In this document: positions 10,811 through 25,004 of the stretch, in pieces
Layout: every line of letters starts with the position of its first letter
How positions within the stretch are numbered: the stretch's first letter is position 1
NCBI GenBank assembly: GCA_000934665.2
Contig: KZ538530.1
Coordinates: 1-63,932 of the forward strand
Length of the DNA stretch: 63,932 bases
Direction: 5' to 3'
Source: Catajapyx aquilonaris
Lineage: Eukaryota
Made by a program: the position numbers and the translations under genes
Notes under the pieces: model-generated
The model's database searches: none
Told to the model about the DNA's origin: nothing
Seen by the model: only the letters and a program-made list of their open reading frames with translations

Positions 10811-11151
10811 TAGGGGTAGCTCTACCTGGCCGTTACCTCAGAATAAAAAAAAATACAAATGTTTTACCCCCAATTTTGAAAAAATTAATGGCTGTGGAAT
10901 ATGAGCAACAAAGGTTTCTTACTGCTTATGATGTTGTATTGTACTATGCATATTATCAATATTATACATAGGGCTTGCTATATTATTATTACAGTTGTTA
11001 GGATCTTTATATTTCCATTGGAGTGTCATGCTACTGCTGTAGCAGAAAAATGACCTGTCAATATAACTTAATTAGCAAGTACTGTACCTCACAAGTACAG
11101 TATCTAACTCAAATTCTACTAAAGCATCAATCTAATTGTTCAGCATTTTAG

Positions 11152-11278
11152 TGCCTGGTTGCACCAACAAAATTACCAGTCCGATAGCTCCTAACAGACC
11201 GATAGCACATGTTAAAAGGTCTACCTATCTGTCCATTAGGAGCTATCGGACCTGTAATTTTGTTGGTGCAACCAGGCA
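11152..11278. mobile_element. 127-bp palindromic PIF/Harbinger-like MITE
   Basis: TIR TGCCTGGTTGCACCAACAAAATTAC..GTCCGATAGCTCCTAA; TAG duplication at 11149-11151 and 11279-11281. Confidence 0.8.
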
Positions 11279-11786
11279 TAGGTCTTCATCTGGAATATGT
11301 AATACACATCTAAAATAAAGGACAGTGAAATATTTCATACAAATGTATTTATACTTATAGAATCTTTGCATTTTAAGTTAAATTATCAAATTACAGTTTC
11401 ACATAGGGAGGTGGCAGGAAAAAAATCTACTGAATTGCTGCATTATTTATGCATTCTGTTATCAACACAATGCATGCAGTACTTTATGTGTACCATACAG
11501 GAATTAATGTGTTATACATCTGTTTTTTATTTAAAGGCAGAACCCACCCACCTTCTTATCTGAATGCTACCCAAGGCAATAAGAAGCTCGGCATTCATTT
11601 GCCACAAGGTACCATATACCACGGAAATTATACTCAAGGCATGACACCTCCGTGTTTTGTCGAACGAATTATGACCCTCAGTTATAGCTTTGGGTCATGC
11701 AGAATGGGCGGCAGTCAGATAATGAGGTGGATGGGATCTGTCTCGTAACGGAAAAGGAAGAATACCATACATGTATTTGGTCCAAA

Positions 11787-12309
11787 TCAATAAAGCCCTG
11801 ATGGCAAGTCCATAATTTTTCCCCCAGTCTCATGTGGATTGATGTATGTGGACAGTGTACTACCAGCCGAAGTAGTATGACTGTATTCCGCAGAACCCAC
11901 ATCAGGCACAGAATCAGGAGGAGGAACTGCAGAAATTGGTCCTTGGGTAACAGGGCTTGCTGGAGCTGATGCCTGCTGTGTGGGACTCAGCCATACCGAG
12001 AATCGTGCAGTGAAAGGTTGTTGTGCCCTCCCTGGGTGTGCTGCTGTGGTCAAAAAAATTATAATAATATACAGATTACATGATAAAATGCTATGCTCAT
12101 TAACATGCTTTTGTAGTGGTGATGTGTCAGTGTTGTTGTATAAAGTTTTTAAATATATTATTTATTCCCCTGGAATTTCTAAAGAAAATAAGGCAATTGT
12201 ATAATTTTCAACATTACAGGTGATAATAAGTTGTGAATGTTTCTTAAGAACCCCCATGTCTCCTCACACAAAGAAGTACAGTACCTAATTGTAGGATTAG
12301 TCCTATGGC

Positions 12310-12373
<64 letters not shown>

Positions 12374-15300
12374 CAGTGATATCAAATATGACAGCATTGC
12401 AGATATCGTATCTTATTATGAATTACAGTATGGGCAGAGATCTTCAAAACTAACCTTTTCTGCCCTGCTAATTTTGCAGGTAAATTTAGAGAACTTGGAT
12501 TCTATAATTCTATAACACTTGGTCCAAGACATTTTGAGACATGGCACTTATTCATCCAAAACACTTTTGCCAGGTGCATCTACTCACCCAAACTATTTTC
12601 TCCCAAATTACTCGTAGAGGCTCCTTCAGATATTTCACAAACGACATTTTCACCCAACAGCACGTAAACAAATTGCCGTACCACCACAAAATATATCTCG
12701 TATAATTGTTGTGGTGGTTTTCATATGTAGTGTTCCTTTTTATCACAGCTCTATTACAGCTTGATTACAGCTTGATTACTCGTAAAATATCCCCAAGATA
12801 TTTGATTTTTTTTTTTTTTACATTACTGAGAAAGGATCAGGCACAAAATATATGGGCGAGTGGCCTTCCGTTCGATTTGCCTGAAAATGGGATATGTTGT
12901 AGCCCAGGCCATCCTGATCAATGTTGGATAGGGACATTTCGAGGTAGGACCTACAGGGAGCATGCTAATTGCTATTCATCGAAGAGGCTAGAAGACTGCT
13001 GTGAGAGAAACCTCGCTTCCTTACATTGACCCAATGAATGTTGAAGTGCAGCTGGAGGAAACTCCAGATGACAACCTTCAAGGAGTAGAATTTGAACCAG
13101 ATGAATACAATAAAGATTAATAGATAATTTAATGCAATAACCATTGAGTTCCTGAGTCTACTACTCCCCCTATTACCTCCGGAGGTCATTAGCATGTTCC
13201 CTGTAGGTCCTACCTCGAAATGTCCCTATCCAACATGGATCAGGATGGTCTTATCTGGGCCACAACATATCCTATTTTCAGGCAAATCGAACGGAAGGCC
13301 ACTCGCCCATATATTTTGTGCCTCCTCCTTTGCTATTTGTCACAAGGAGTAACTTTGTCTACACTAGAAATGTTTATGAGAAAGAGACTGATTTTTCATC
13401 ACAAACATTTCATTTAATACTCACTATTACCTTCTCGGCTGGGGACATATACATGTGATGAATAGCGAGCTGGCACTTGGAACCCCACATTTGGCTGCCT
13501 GGCATCTCTGGCTCCTTTTCCCCTGCGCTCAAAAGACCAGTTGGAAGCTGATGGCCAGGACTGTTCTGAATCAACCCCTTCTTCCGGTGGCACTATGCTT
13601 AAACGTGTCAAGTACCGCCCTGGACTTGCCTTAGTTTTTGAGTCACCTGTTGTGTAAAAGGTACAGGGTAAAACTTCTCTTGGACTGTGAGCTGAGAGTT
13701 AGAAATAATGGATTTTACCATGTCCTGTGCCTGAATCTAGATCACTCTGGTCACTTTGCATGCTCTCCGTGTCGCTAACCTCATTCAAGGGTACTCGGGA
13801 TTCAGGTATGGGTTCATCTTCAGCCTTCACTCGAACATTGGAATGGGGAACTATGCGTCTCCCAATGTCACAATTGCTTGATTGTCCTTGTTCCTCCATC
13901 TGCACCTGTGAAAACATCATTACATTTTTGATCCATAACAGTTGCAAATTCAGGTCATTCTATGTGCAGTACCTCCAATTGAGCATGATTAATTATGTTG
14001 CGCAAATCTTCCAAAACTTCGCAAATCGTGTTTTCTTCCTCTTCGGAGTCAGCAGGTGTAGAAATTTCTTCATTCTGACAGGGTACTGCAATAAAATACC
14101 AATAATATAATTGTTGAATAGTTAACTACAGCAGAGACTTGCGAAGAAGTTGTTTCTCTCATGTTGAAATTACCGTATGTGTTTTCATAGCCATCAGATA
14201 GAAATGTATCATAATTATAGACTGCTGCACCATACTCTTAATATTGTTTTTGGCTAGTAATAGATATGAATGAAACTTAAGTTCTTGCTCATACAGGGCA
14301 CATCATATCGCCAATATTAAATTATAGAACTGCAATACACAAGTAGCAATTGGACGTTGTTATGCAATAATCTGTCAACCCACAAAAATGTCAAAATTGA
14401 GTTAAGCCCAGGAACATACATCCAAAGGATAGTACCTCATTCAGTTAAAATCAAGGTGGCGAAATCTGCATACTTCTGCCACAAATTACTGAAAATAACA
14501 CCGAATTAATTTCACAGGTATGACCTTCAAAGCCCTTTGTCTCAAAACTGTTCTCAGGTGGGTTGACTGATTATTGCATAACATTGCATAACATTCCCAT
14601 TCTCTCCTGAGAGCCTATCTGTCTGGTATATTGGATGAGTTTCGAGAGGTCCTATCTGTATTAGTGTGGCTTACTCCCACGCCTTCCCACTGTCCAAAAA
14701 CCACTCTTTCACTTAGTAGCCTACTGTGTCATATTCAATTTGACCTGTCTTACTTTATCTATTCTACTTTGCTTGGTCATGGTTACTATGGTGCTCAAGC
14801 CCAAAAAGCTCCCATCGGAGATGAGACCTTCTTCTCCCAACGAACCAACCACAACAATAACACCATGAAGCAGATATTGCATTAATATAATGATCTGATC
14901 CTTTACCTCCATTTGCTTTTCTCCCTTCACGACCAAGTCTGGATTTGAGGATTTTGACTTCTGCTTCTAAAGTTGTCTTATCTTTCTCCAGCAGTCGCAA
15001 TCGGCGACGCAACGTTTCACCTTCTCTTTCAGCAGCCACAGCTCGATCAAGCAGCACACTCACATCCAAATAATTTTTGGCCCACGTTTCCGCTTCTCTT
15101 CGAATGTCCACTTCTTCAGAAACCCCCAGCTAGAATGAAATTACACATTACAAGAATGCACAACCCACTTTTGAATCCCAGCATTAAGTGAATGCTAGAA
15201 CTCCGAATGCCACTGATAACGCACCTTGCTGAGAGCATCCTGATCCAGACCGGCCTCCTCCACCTCTCCTTGGACTCGAAGCCTCTCTCTAGCATCTGGA

Positions 15301-16780
15301 GCAGAGTCTGCAAAGGCGTTGAGAAAACGAAGACAACAGGATCGGAATGTATTGCTGCTCCCTGCTGAGCCACTGGATGCTTCGGAACTCTTTATCATTC
15401 CTACGAGGAAAGTGAATCGCACAGGTTCACCTAGTCTCAGCCGTAGAGTAGACAGGGCCTCCGACACTAGCCTGTGGCCGTCGGGGGTTTTGAGACAGGT
15501 GTGAGTCAACAGTTGGAGAGAAAGCACTCTGGCAGGTAGGCAACCAGCCAAAAGGGTAGAGGCCAGGGTGAATGGACCACCATTGGCTCCCAAGTGAAAT
15601 GCAGCATCGGGACATCGAAGGCACAGCTTCCAGAGGCAGCTGAGACACAATAGGGTTTCTTTCTGGGCTTGCCTGGACTGCCAGGAGCCAGGTGGATGCA
15701 CAGCCTCGTTTTGCAACACTCTGAGAAGACTGAGCAGCTGCGAGGTTATGTCCCAAGGCATCGACACTATCTCCCTCACAAAACTGAAATATAATCCAAA
15801 ACTTAATAAAGTCTGATTGTTTGCAATAATCTTATGATAAGGGACCACAGTTATCGTTATGGAAAATCAACGCCAGCAAAGTACGTGTGATGAAGGCCCT
15901 AATTCATTGCATGTCATTGCCTGCAACTTAATTAACTACTCAATGAGCTTAATTCTTTGATCTCTATCATAGGGACTACAATCTTTCAGCAGAGGTGAGT
16001 CAAAATAATGCGATATTATTCGATCACCTAGTAAACCATCTCCGCCAAATCGGTCTGGAGCACCGTGTTCCGGATGGAGAAGAAATGCTACACATTAACA
16101 ATGACATACTTATGGCCTTGACATGATGCACTACTGTATGTTTTTTTTAAAGTGGTAACCAGACGTATCCTAGCACTCTACAAGCATCAATTTGTATTCT
16201 AATTTTTTTCCCCATGTCCTTCACATCACCAGAGGGCGCCAGAAACCTTTATTGACAGTCTAATTTATGGACCACGGATTGAGATTATCTTTTTTACAAA
16301 CGCACATAACAAACGCATGTAGAATCTAGAATGTCTCTACCCCAGATATTGCAAAACAGCAGTTCAAAAAACCGTACAGAAGGTACAGGCCAAGGAGTAC
16401 AGTATTATTCAACAGTGCAAGAGTAAATCAAATGAAATGTGACCAGTCAACTGTATGCTGACATCGTTATGAGTAAGTCCAGGGAACAATATATTGTCAT
16501 ATCTGCAGGATATCATGAATAGTAATTATAATCGTGCAGGAAATCGTGTCGGAATATTTTCGATTTACCTAGGGAAGGAACATCCGAGGTCCATTTGCAA
16601 CTTGTCTAGAAGCTGAACAAGGTTGTGGAACTGACGCAGCCTCATTTCTCCGCCAGATGCAGCAGACGACACTTCTTTACATGTGTCCTCTGCGCCATTT
16701 TCTGGCCTGGTAAAATACCGCAAGAACCGACGAAGGCCCATTGCGTAGTCTTCTGCGTTGTACACAGGTGGCCGCAATTC
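11787..16780 (-). CDS. mwh: Multiple wing hairs (Mwh)-like GBD/FH3-domain planar-polarity protein, core seven exons
   Basis: Minus-strand exons 16780-16569, 15783-15225, 15129-14907, 14085-13973, 13905-13719, 13646-13431 (or 13425) and 12043-11787 (TGA). Phases are consistent (1767 nt). Motifs ELRPPVYNAEDY, EMRLRQF..LLDKLQMDL..SFPSFVRE, RVLSLQLLT..GHRLVSEALSTLRLRLGEPVRFTFL, EEENTICEVLEDLRNII and C-terminal DLPSGLY* match insect Mwh proteins as I recall them. Confidence 0.85.
12311..12373. repeat. (ATT)n microsatellite
   Basis: About 21 units, seen directly. Confidence 0.95.
12839..13323. mobile_element. MITE with ~130-bp TIRs in the last mwh intron
   Basis: AGGCACAAAATATATGGGCGAGTGGCCTTCCGTTCGATTTGCCTGAAAAT... 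(12839-~12970) is inverted at ~13187-13323. No clear TSD. Confidence 0.8.
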
Positions 16781-17264
16781 CTGTTTTGAAAAGTGAAGTT
16801 GTGTTATAAGTTTAGTTTCAGTCACATGTGCAATAACCACATTTTCAACAAAAAATAACGTGACATTATTTTCTCAGTATAACACATGTTTAGGGGGTCG
16901 CAGTTGGTAAAAGGTTGGAAACCACTGGTAGGCCTATAACAGGTTCAAAATTGTACGAAAACAGTTCAATATATTGTGCTTCAAAAATTTAAAAGGAGTT
17001 CACATCTCCAACCACTTTATCTGCTAGTCCATCCCCTATCTTGGTCAACAGTATCCAATGAAAGTACAATATTGTTGGGTATAAACGAGTCGGTATTACA
17101 ATGTTAATCAGCTTACCTCTAACACTGTTGTTATAATTAACTGAAAAACGCAACATAATGTAACAGCCCCAATAATACTGACGCGTGAATGGCTTCATTT
17201 TGAGCAAAACGCCTTTGACACATCAAGTACCAAGTACACTGCAGTCAAGTTAATATAGGCCTAC

Positions 17265-17388
17265 CGTATTTTCAAAGTGGCTACCATGCTGCCACTTTCC
17301 AAGCCACTTCCTTGCATCGGAATTGTGCAAGCGTATTAAGGTAGGATTTAAATTACAGCAATGAGAAGGTCTTGAAAAGTGTCTTATC
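17265..17388 (-). CDS. Candidate linking exon of the mwh-like gene
   Basis: CAG acceptor, GTAGGC donor, open frame, phase 2 to 0. It joins the 26879 exon to ELRPP in frame. The polypyrimidine tract is weak. Confidence 0.25.
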
Positions 17389-17467
17389 CTGCATACTGCC
17401 TCTAGGTCTCAGAACTTAAAAGTTTTTTAAGTAGCCTAAACAATTCAGGATGGTCAGTTACTTCAAA

Positions 17468-17880
17468 TAGTGCGGCCCCTTGACATATTCTAAGCCAAAA
17501 TTAATTATTCTCCGGATCATTTTGACTTAGGAAGTCGTTTAGGCATGTTGGAGGCAATTAGGTCTTGGAAACATCAACACATTATGATTTGGATTGTCCT
17601 GATGGGTAGATGATCTGGCTTTCAGGGTTGCTAGCACGGTTGCTAGCCACCATCCTGTCACGGAGGTAGGCCGCCCTTGTTCCTGTCCCATCAGATCTCC
17701 ATGCCATCATTATTAAGATTTCCCAAAAAATTGAAAATTACATACTTTAACATCGAATTCGAGAGTGCCGACCGTGAAATGCCATCGTATCCTATTTTCA
17801 TGCGGATACAACTTCTGGCGTTTTGCCTCGATTCGGACCACGACTGTCCTCCCTCTGCCGTGATGTCGGTTTCCGCGTGA
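17468..17880 (+). mobile_element. Possible Academ-like left end fragment
   Basis: Begins TAGTGCGGC, which resembles the reverse complement of the GCCGTACTA end at 967. The right boundary is a guess. Confidence 0.3.
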
Positions 17881-18726
17881 GTTGTTTGATATTTATATAA
17901 TTATGATAATGATTATATTAACTGCGACTTACTAAAGCGTCTTACTAGGCTACCTTATAATGTACAACCTGAATTAGCTACCCGATAGGGTCAAACTTGG
18001 TGCAAGTTACAACACAATGGGATATGTAACCAAATGCAACAATCTGGGTGGGTAGCTATCAAGGTTGCACATTTAGCCTTTACAACATGAACCATGACAT
18101 GAACATAACAAGTGAGACCCCTAACGCCAAAACCCAACAAATTCAAAATAAACACTTCAGGAATGGTGTATTTTAGAAACACAGTTTACATCATTATGGT
18201 TCATGAAGAGACCTTGGTGAATATGTGGGAATTAAAAGAAGAGTTAAGTGTCCAATTTCGTCACAAAATTTAAAATAGAGATGAAGTGCAAAGCCGAGTT
18301 TTATAGCACATCCCTGCTATAGGATCTGAAGGGTTTTGGCGCAACTGTTTGACTTTGTCTGTAGCATGACTGACGGAACTGGAACCAACTAAAGGGTCTG
18401 TCATTATTATTGGACAACATGAGCTAAATTCAGAATTTTGAATTTGGCCTCCGCAGCAATCCGCGAAAAAGTGTAGCCTACTTGTTGAATGCCTTTTGTA
18501 AGATTAGGCAGTGGCAAAAGCATGGTTTATATCTGAAGATATTATCTCATCTGAGCTTTCTGAGCGCACACAATCCAGGTAGGCCTATAGTGTAGAGATA
18601 AACGATGGTTTTTTGAACTCATTCACGTGGGTTTATTTTACAAGTAACTTACACATCTGCAGAGCCTGTGATAGGCTGATTGTATACTGCAAGCTTTGAT
18701 AAATTAAATTACGAAGGCTGATATAA

Positions 18727-19000
18727 AGGGGTTGTGCAAATACCACGTGACCGTTTGAGGGGGGGGGGGNNNNNNNNNNNNNNNNNNNNNNNNNNNNNNN
18801 NNNNNNNNNNNNNNNNNNNNNNNNNNNNNNNNNNNNNNNNNNNNNNTTTTTTCTGATAACATTGACATTTTTTTTAAACCACGTGAAAAAGGGGGGGGGG
18901 GAGGCGGGGTTCCATTGGATACCACTGTCGGTCACTGGGGGGAGGGAGGGGGGGTCAAAAAGTGGCCTAAAATCGGTCACGTGGTATTTGCACGACCCCT
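18727..19000. mobile_element. MITE with 26-bp TIRs and internal poly-G, spanning an assembly gap
   Basis: AGGGGTTGTGCAAATACCACGTGACC / GGTCACGTGGTATTTGCACGACCCCT. Confidence 0.75.
18770..18846. other. Assembly gap (N run) after a poly-G tract
   Basis: Seen directly. Confidence 0.99.
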
Positions 19001-20422
19001 AACAGGGTGATGCATCGTCTGCAGCGTCACATGTGTGCATTCTGGCATAGTAACTGTGACACAAAATTAACATGTGGTTGAGGCAAGAATGTCATAAAGA
19101 AGAAAGATATTGAAGGATCGTGGTCATGGGGTAGTTCATAACAGCCTCTAAACTTACTCTGTATATAGTTTATGCCGTGCAATGTTGCTCTTATCGGTAT
19201 AAATGTATATTTATAGTCAATTACAATAAAATTACAACAACCTCCTCTCTTGCAATCTTCTTCCTCTATAGTCCATACCATTATGTAATAACGCCTTAGG
19301 CCGATTATTATTCATTAGTTTAAATATTCAACAACCCACCTGTTTCTTTTGCTGCTGCCACATATAAATTCGTAACTCCCGTAAAGTAGTTGGATGGAGT
19401 AGGCCTATTCAAAACAGCACGCGGATGTTATAATATGAAGAATTGTCGTGTCTTTCACTGGTTGAAAGAATTTTAAAAATCTAGTACGGCAGTTAGGCAA
19501 GAAGAGAGGCAGTTAAAGTGTTGTCCCTCCTTCTCTTCCCAGTTCCGGGGTGAAAAGTCCAGAGCGGAAGTCCGTCAGTTGTCGGGAGGCCTGTTTGTCG
19601 AGCCTTGCTGCTAGTTCTTCATCGCCTTACTTCCTTATGGGAAAGAGTCCTCCCTTCATTCCTTCGTTGAAAGATGGTCATAGCTGGAGCATCTAGGCGT
19701 GATCTCTCTCTCCCTCTCTTCCTCTCTCTCGTCACCACCACTCCAGTGATGGCTGGCTAGCTATGCAGCGCGCGACACAGCCCCTTCCTCTTCGACGGCT
19801 GGATGACTGCCTCCTAGATGTTATGCCCTAAATACTTTCTTCTACCTATCTACCTACCTACCTATCTGCCTACGTGGTGTACCAAAATGCCAGCACATTT
19901 GGCACCAAAAATTCCGCCTATCTCCTGCCACCTCGTTGTCATGCTGTGCTTAGCACTTCATCTTGCGTCCTTATTGCCCAACTCGACTCTTTAAGAATTT
20001 TATTCTGCATTACCTTAGCGTCTATGTGGTGTGGCAAATTGTAAAATGTTCTCGGCCACATGTTGAGGAGTAACTATCGGCCATCACCAACACAATGACT
20101 GAATCATTTAATAATGTGATTCAGAAATTGGGACTTGAAATTAATTCTGAAGCCCTGTAATAAACAATCTCCCCCAGCATGTGGTCAACCAGAAGTTCGT
20201 TACATCATTGGCCTGCTGAGGTCTTCCGTAACAGGCCGAACACATTTTACGTGGTGTCAGAGCAAAAACTACAGTCTACTAAAAAACACACACACAAGGC
20301 TGAGCGCAATTTAGAAGCACAGGAAAATACGAGTTGGTTGGGTACGTCGAGCTTCACAGCTCAGAAGACCTCAATGTGCTGTGTCCAAGCAAGAAAACGT
20401 GAGAAGGAGGGGGGTCACTCAC

Positions 20423-20539
20423 CCTGCCGCTGACCATTGCTGCTGCTTCGGGGTTGTCCTCCGGCATGTCCAGTTGTTGATTCAATCCTCTTTCTCGAGA
20501 CTCTCTAGTCTTCATCGCTAGGACACCCACCCACTGTAC
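20423..20539 (-). CDS. Candidate alternative upstream exon of the mwh-like gene (contains MKTRESRERG...MVSGR)
   Basis: CTTACAG acceptor, GTGAGT donor, 117 nt open, phase 0-0, in frame with the ELRPP exon. Confidence 0.35.
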
Positions 20540-23500
20540 CTGTAAGCATCACGATGTTACTGACGTGGAATTCATAATGAGCACAACGCCAAAATAACAC
20601 ACATAGTGGTCAGTAATTTCGTGAATAGCTTCAAGTATGGCGATCCCATTGCCTATTCTAAGACTAAAATTGTTTGGAAATGATGCTTAATTATGGGATG
20701 CGGCATCAATTAATCCTTTACTGCTCTGTCATTGGAGGTATAGGACGTATGCTGCAGTGTATATCACAAGTCAAGAAAGGTTGCTTGATAATAATATTAT
20801 TATATGATATGATTACGTAAAGTATTCCCACACTGATATTGGCACCATAATCAAAATGTCATTGTTGCCTCACGATGTAATTGAATCGCGAATTAAAAAT
20901 AGGGTGTACAGTATTTTGGCCCAATGTGTTGGGCAGTGCCACCTTAAATGATAGCAACGCAAAAGGAATAATTTTTCGATGAAAACTTTTAATTCATAAT
21001 CCAGGCAATTTGCAACAAGTTATTCCTTGCCGAATTCGGTTGACACACGAGGTGCAGTGTATCTCATTACTACTAACATTTTAAATCATCCCTATTACCG
21101 TATATACGCAATAACATATCCGTGCCATCAGTGGCCGATCCAGGAATTTTTCTGGGGGGGGGGGGGGNAATTTTTTTAATGTTCAAGGTCACAACCCTTC
21201 CTCGCGACCCACCCAGAAAAATGGAAAAGAACACCCCCCGTTTTTTTATTTTTTTTTCGTTTTTTCCCCTCTAAATGTGCCATGATAACTAATCCAGTAT
21301 ATGTTGTAATCCAGTGCTACACAAAATGGACTTTAGAGAGTGATCAGTAATACATATTATCATATCATGAAACACGGAAAAAGAAGTCGAACGAAAGTGG
21401 GCGTCTCTTGGTCCTATCTACAATGCTTACATGTGCAGTCTGTATGAATGCCGTTGGCGATTTTGTAGATCACTTGACTTTCGCTATTTTGTCACAGCTC
21501 TCTCTGATCTGCGATAACGCAACATAGAGACATTTATATAAAAAGAAGTTGTCGTATAAAAAATCAGTACAATGTGAATAAGGTGTGACTCCTGAACTAA
21601 AGGTATATAGGTACAGTACAGTAGCCTACCATATTGTTAACAACATACTGCTGCTCATAGCTGAAAGTGACAGAATAAGTGAATTTACATATTCATATAG
21701 TCTATAATTAATACTACATCATATGATACAGTCTATTACATCCAGCACACTAATTAAAATGCTTATTATTCACGATGCCGAGAGAGCAAATAATTTTGGA
21801 GCAGATTGGAATCTCCTACTTTATGATAAGGCTTGCCTAATCTCCTAATGACAAAATACTGTATAATCCTACATTCATGTTGAAGTACACGTGCCTGAAT
21901 GTAAAATGTCTTTCTGTTCAAGTCATAATAATCGTTGGAATGCTATCGGCGCAAGTGAATATCACACCAGAAAAGCCTCTAATTGAGAAACCCTTATTCT
22001 GGCAGGCTTGCAATCGGGACTCAATAATCCACATGATTACACGGTAATAAATTAGGCCCTTCACGTGTGTTTGTGTCATTTTCGGGAGCTGAAACACGCG
22101 ACATTAAATTCCTCGAAAAATGTAACCCCCGATATGCTAGTTTAAGGCGATGTATGGCCTTCCCCTGGATTTCTATAAGGGACAAACAAACTCACTCACA
22201 AAGAAACTCATTTATGTATATAGATTCCGAAAATTGATATTTTTTATGATCAGTTTTGACATTATTTCCATTTGTGGTTCATTTCATCCTTTGATCCCCA
22301 GCATGCCCAAGAAAAATATAGGCAAACAAGAAGTATGATACCTATTAGTCATTACATACGATGATGTGTCATTGTAGGTGGAAGACACTGATCAAGAAAT
22401 CCCTCGATACAGCAATACTATAGTAAAAGTGCAGTAGTAAACCGATCTGAACTACTTATTTCCGACTAACTGGTGAAAGTAAGAGTTCGGTAAATCAGTG
22501 TCAAATGACAAAAATATGAAGGACAGGGGCGTTTGTGTAACTACTCGTACTTATCAGATATTGGATCTACATAGAGCGGAACGGCTAGAAAGTGTTTTTA
22601 TCGCTTCGTTAAATCAGGCGACAATTAGGCAAGTGGCTCGTTATTCTACTACTCACTAGAGAGTTGCAAATGATTCCATATTGTGCCGGGGGCCTTTTCT
22701 CGTCTGTGACTGTAACCTCTAGAAACAAAAATGACAGAAGCATTTTGTTTCGATGTGAATTCACACGCAGCAAAGGATTGCTGAATCAATTGTTTATTTT
22801 ATGCATATGATCAGTGCTGACTTCCTTATTCAGATAAAATCTCTGAATGTACAAGTGCGATTACTATGTGTGCAAATAGGTGGTAGCAACTGTTAGCCAG
22901 CGGCAAAATTTCAATGATCTTGTGTAATTTTGCCATTCACAAAAAGAGGTTTTATCACTTATTTTATTACTGTGAAAATCGGACATTACTAAAGGTCCGC
23001 TAGCCACTGGGTATTGAGACGCATTATGTCGCCAATAACACATTTTATTGAGTTATTGGCTTCCCACGTAACGACTGAATTCTAGGCACGGTCCGTTCCA
23101 AAAAAAAAATCGCACAATTCTGTTCTCTATAGATAGTAATATATAATTGTTATTTAATTTTGTCCACTAGGCCAATGGAGACAGTCAACCAGATGAAATA
23201 ATGTCACCCCTTCCAGTTATTAGAATGCTTGGAATAAACCTGCAACCAGTGACAACTATAGAGCACACGTACTGTATATAAGGAAAGCGATACTTGGCAG
23301 CTTCCATGTTCTTGGTTCTCGAGTGGTTCTGAGGATAAACTTGGCCTAAAAGTGCCGTTACTTGGGAGGAGTGCCACAACTGAAACATCTCCGTTATTAT
23401 TCACATCGTTTGGGATATTTTCTATTCGACGAAAAGGGCTCTGGCGTACCAGGTATGACTCAACAGAGAAAACTGGGCTGTTCCTTGGCCAGCTCTATAA

Positions 23501-23620
23501 GGGAGAGGCAAAAAAATACTCCACGTACCGGTACACAGTACATACACATTCTTGTGTCTTGAGAAAGTGTGTGCAAGTTGCAGATATGAATGTTAGTAAA
23601 CTTAGAGTAAATGCTATATA

Positions 23621-23700
23621 GTATAGTAGTAAAAAGATTGCGAAACCTTTATTATTGTTATAACAATAATAAAGGTTTCGCAATCTTTTTACTACTATAC
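23621..23700. repeat. 80-bp perfect palindrome with no spacer
   Basis: 23621-23660 is the exact reverse complement of 23661-23700. Confidence 0.95.
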
Positions 23701-24927
23701 ATAAAATGCGTTATGTGCATAGGCTACATATGTCACATAAAATTAATAACTAGAAGACAAGGGAAGTTCACACTTCGGTAGCCCATATCAGTGTTTCATT
23801 TTTCCTCTTCTGGCGAATCGTGTTGCCAGCTACCTGGTCTGCCTTGAGATAAAAGTACCGTAAATCCCTAGCAACCAACCGCTGGCCTTCTTTCAGTCAA
23901 GTACATACTGTTCATTTGCAGGTAGAAGGTAGGTTGGTAGGTAGGTAGGGTTTTTCTTGGCGTGCAGACTGAGGTAAGGATAACAACGGACTGCCCGAAT
24001 TTTCGTAACGGTAGTTAGAAGTTACCTATTTTATTATCAAAAGAAATGGAATTGAATGATAATAGTGGCAAGTAAGCCTGTAGTAAACTTCAAAAACATA
24101 TGCAATCAGTGGCAGTATATACTGATAATTTCACTGCACTGTTCAAAATATTTTACCGTGGCCTCGTGGTTTGGGGGAAATGATACTGTGATATCAGTGT
24201 ACAGCAGTGCTTCCCAAACTGTGGCCGCGAGGGAGGGTAACAAATTATTTTCACAAAATGATGATATCTTTCATCTTGAAAATCATGATGACCATAAGGT
24301 AAGGTTATTTCACTGGTTACCTGTCTTTTCATGTTGACTGATCGAAATGTGCACAAATAGGGGGTCGCAAATTTTACGATATGATTTTTTGGGGTTGCCA
24401 ACGAAAAAAATTGAGAGGGTGGTCAGCAACTCTCGCATGCCTTTACTTCAGATAGTGCGATTCATTTGCATATTCCAAGACCACGAAATCTATGCATCAT
24501 TTTTCAGATGAAGGCTAAATTACTATGTCCGAAGGGAAATGGTTTCGGTTGTGTTATGCTTGTATATAGGAATGATCCTCTGAATTACATCACACGCGGC
24601 TAGCATCCCCTCTTGACGTGTGATACATGCCATGCATGCCATTCCCTATAATTATTATTACCACCGCGACCATGGGATCGTCGTACCTGAAGAAAATCCG
24701 GGTGTGCCTGACATCCATGTACCCTTGCTAGATTATTCTGAAACACAGATAATAATGTGTCTATATTGCAGCTGAAGGATAACGAGTTCTTTCCTCGGAT
24801 CTGGAGGAGGATATTCCAAGAGGACACGAGCTCATGTATTGAGTGCTTCTGATGGTTGCCCAATGGCTTTTTCCACTTCTTACCACGGAAATAACCCAGT
24901 AGCAATGAAATCATGAACCTAGGTGAT

Positions 24928-24929
<2 letters not shown>

Positions 24930-25001
<72 letters not shown>
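24930..25001. repeat. (AAT)n microsatellite
   Basis: About 24 units, seen directly. Confidence 0.95.

Positions 25002-25004
<3 letters not shown>

Noticed and set aside
12179..12515. Poly-Ile ORFs (also poly-Ile/Tyr at 24600-25236 and 46305-46496)
   Set aside because: They are translations of ATT/AAT microsatellites.
23204..23404. ORF containing ENQE, as a possible mwh N-terminal exon
   Set aside because: Only four residues match and the surrounding sequence does not fit; probably chance.
24206..24420. hAT-like end motifs (also ~10420-10503, ~16880-16927, ~21130-21170)
   Set aside because: Single degenerate ends with no matching TIR or 8-bp TSD; too weak to delimit.
24687..24737. 51-nt minus-strand exon candidate for mwh
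   Set aside because: Splice sites are plausible, but joining it to the 26879 exon creates TGA and the peptide has no recognisable motif.
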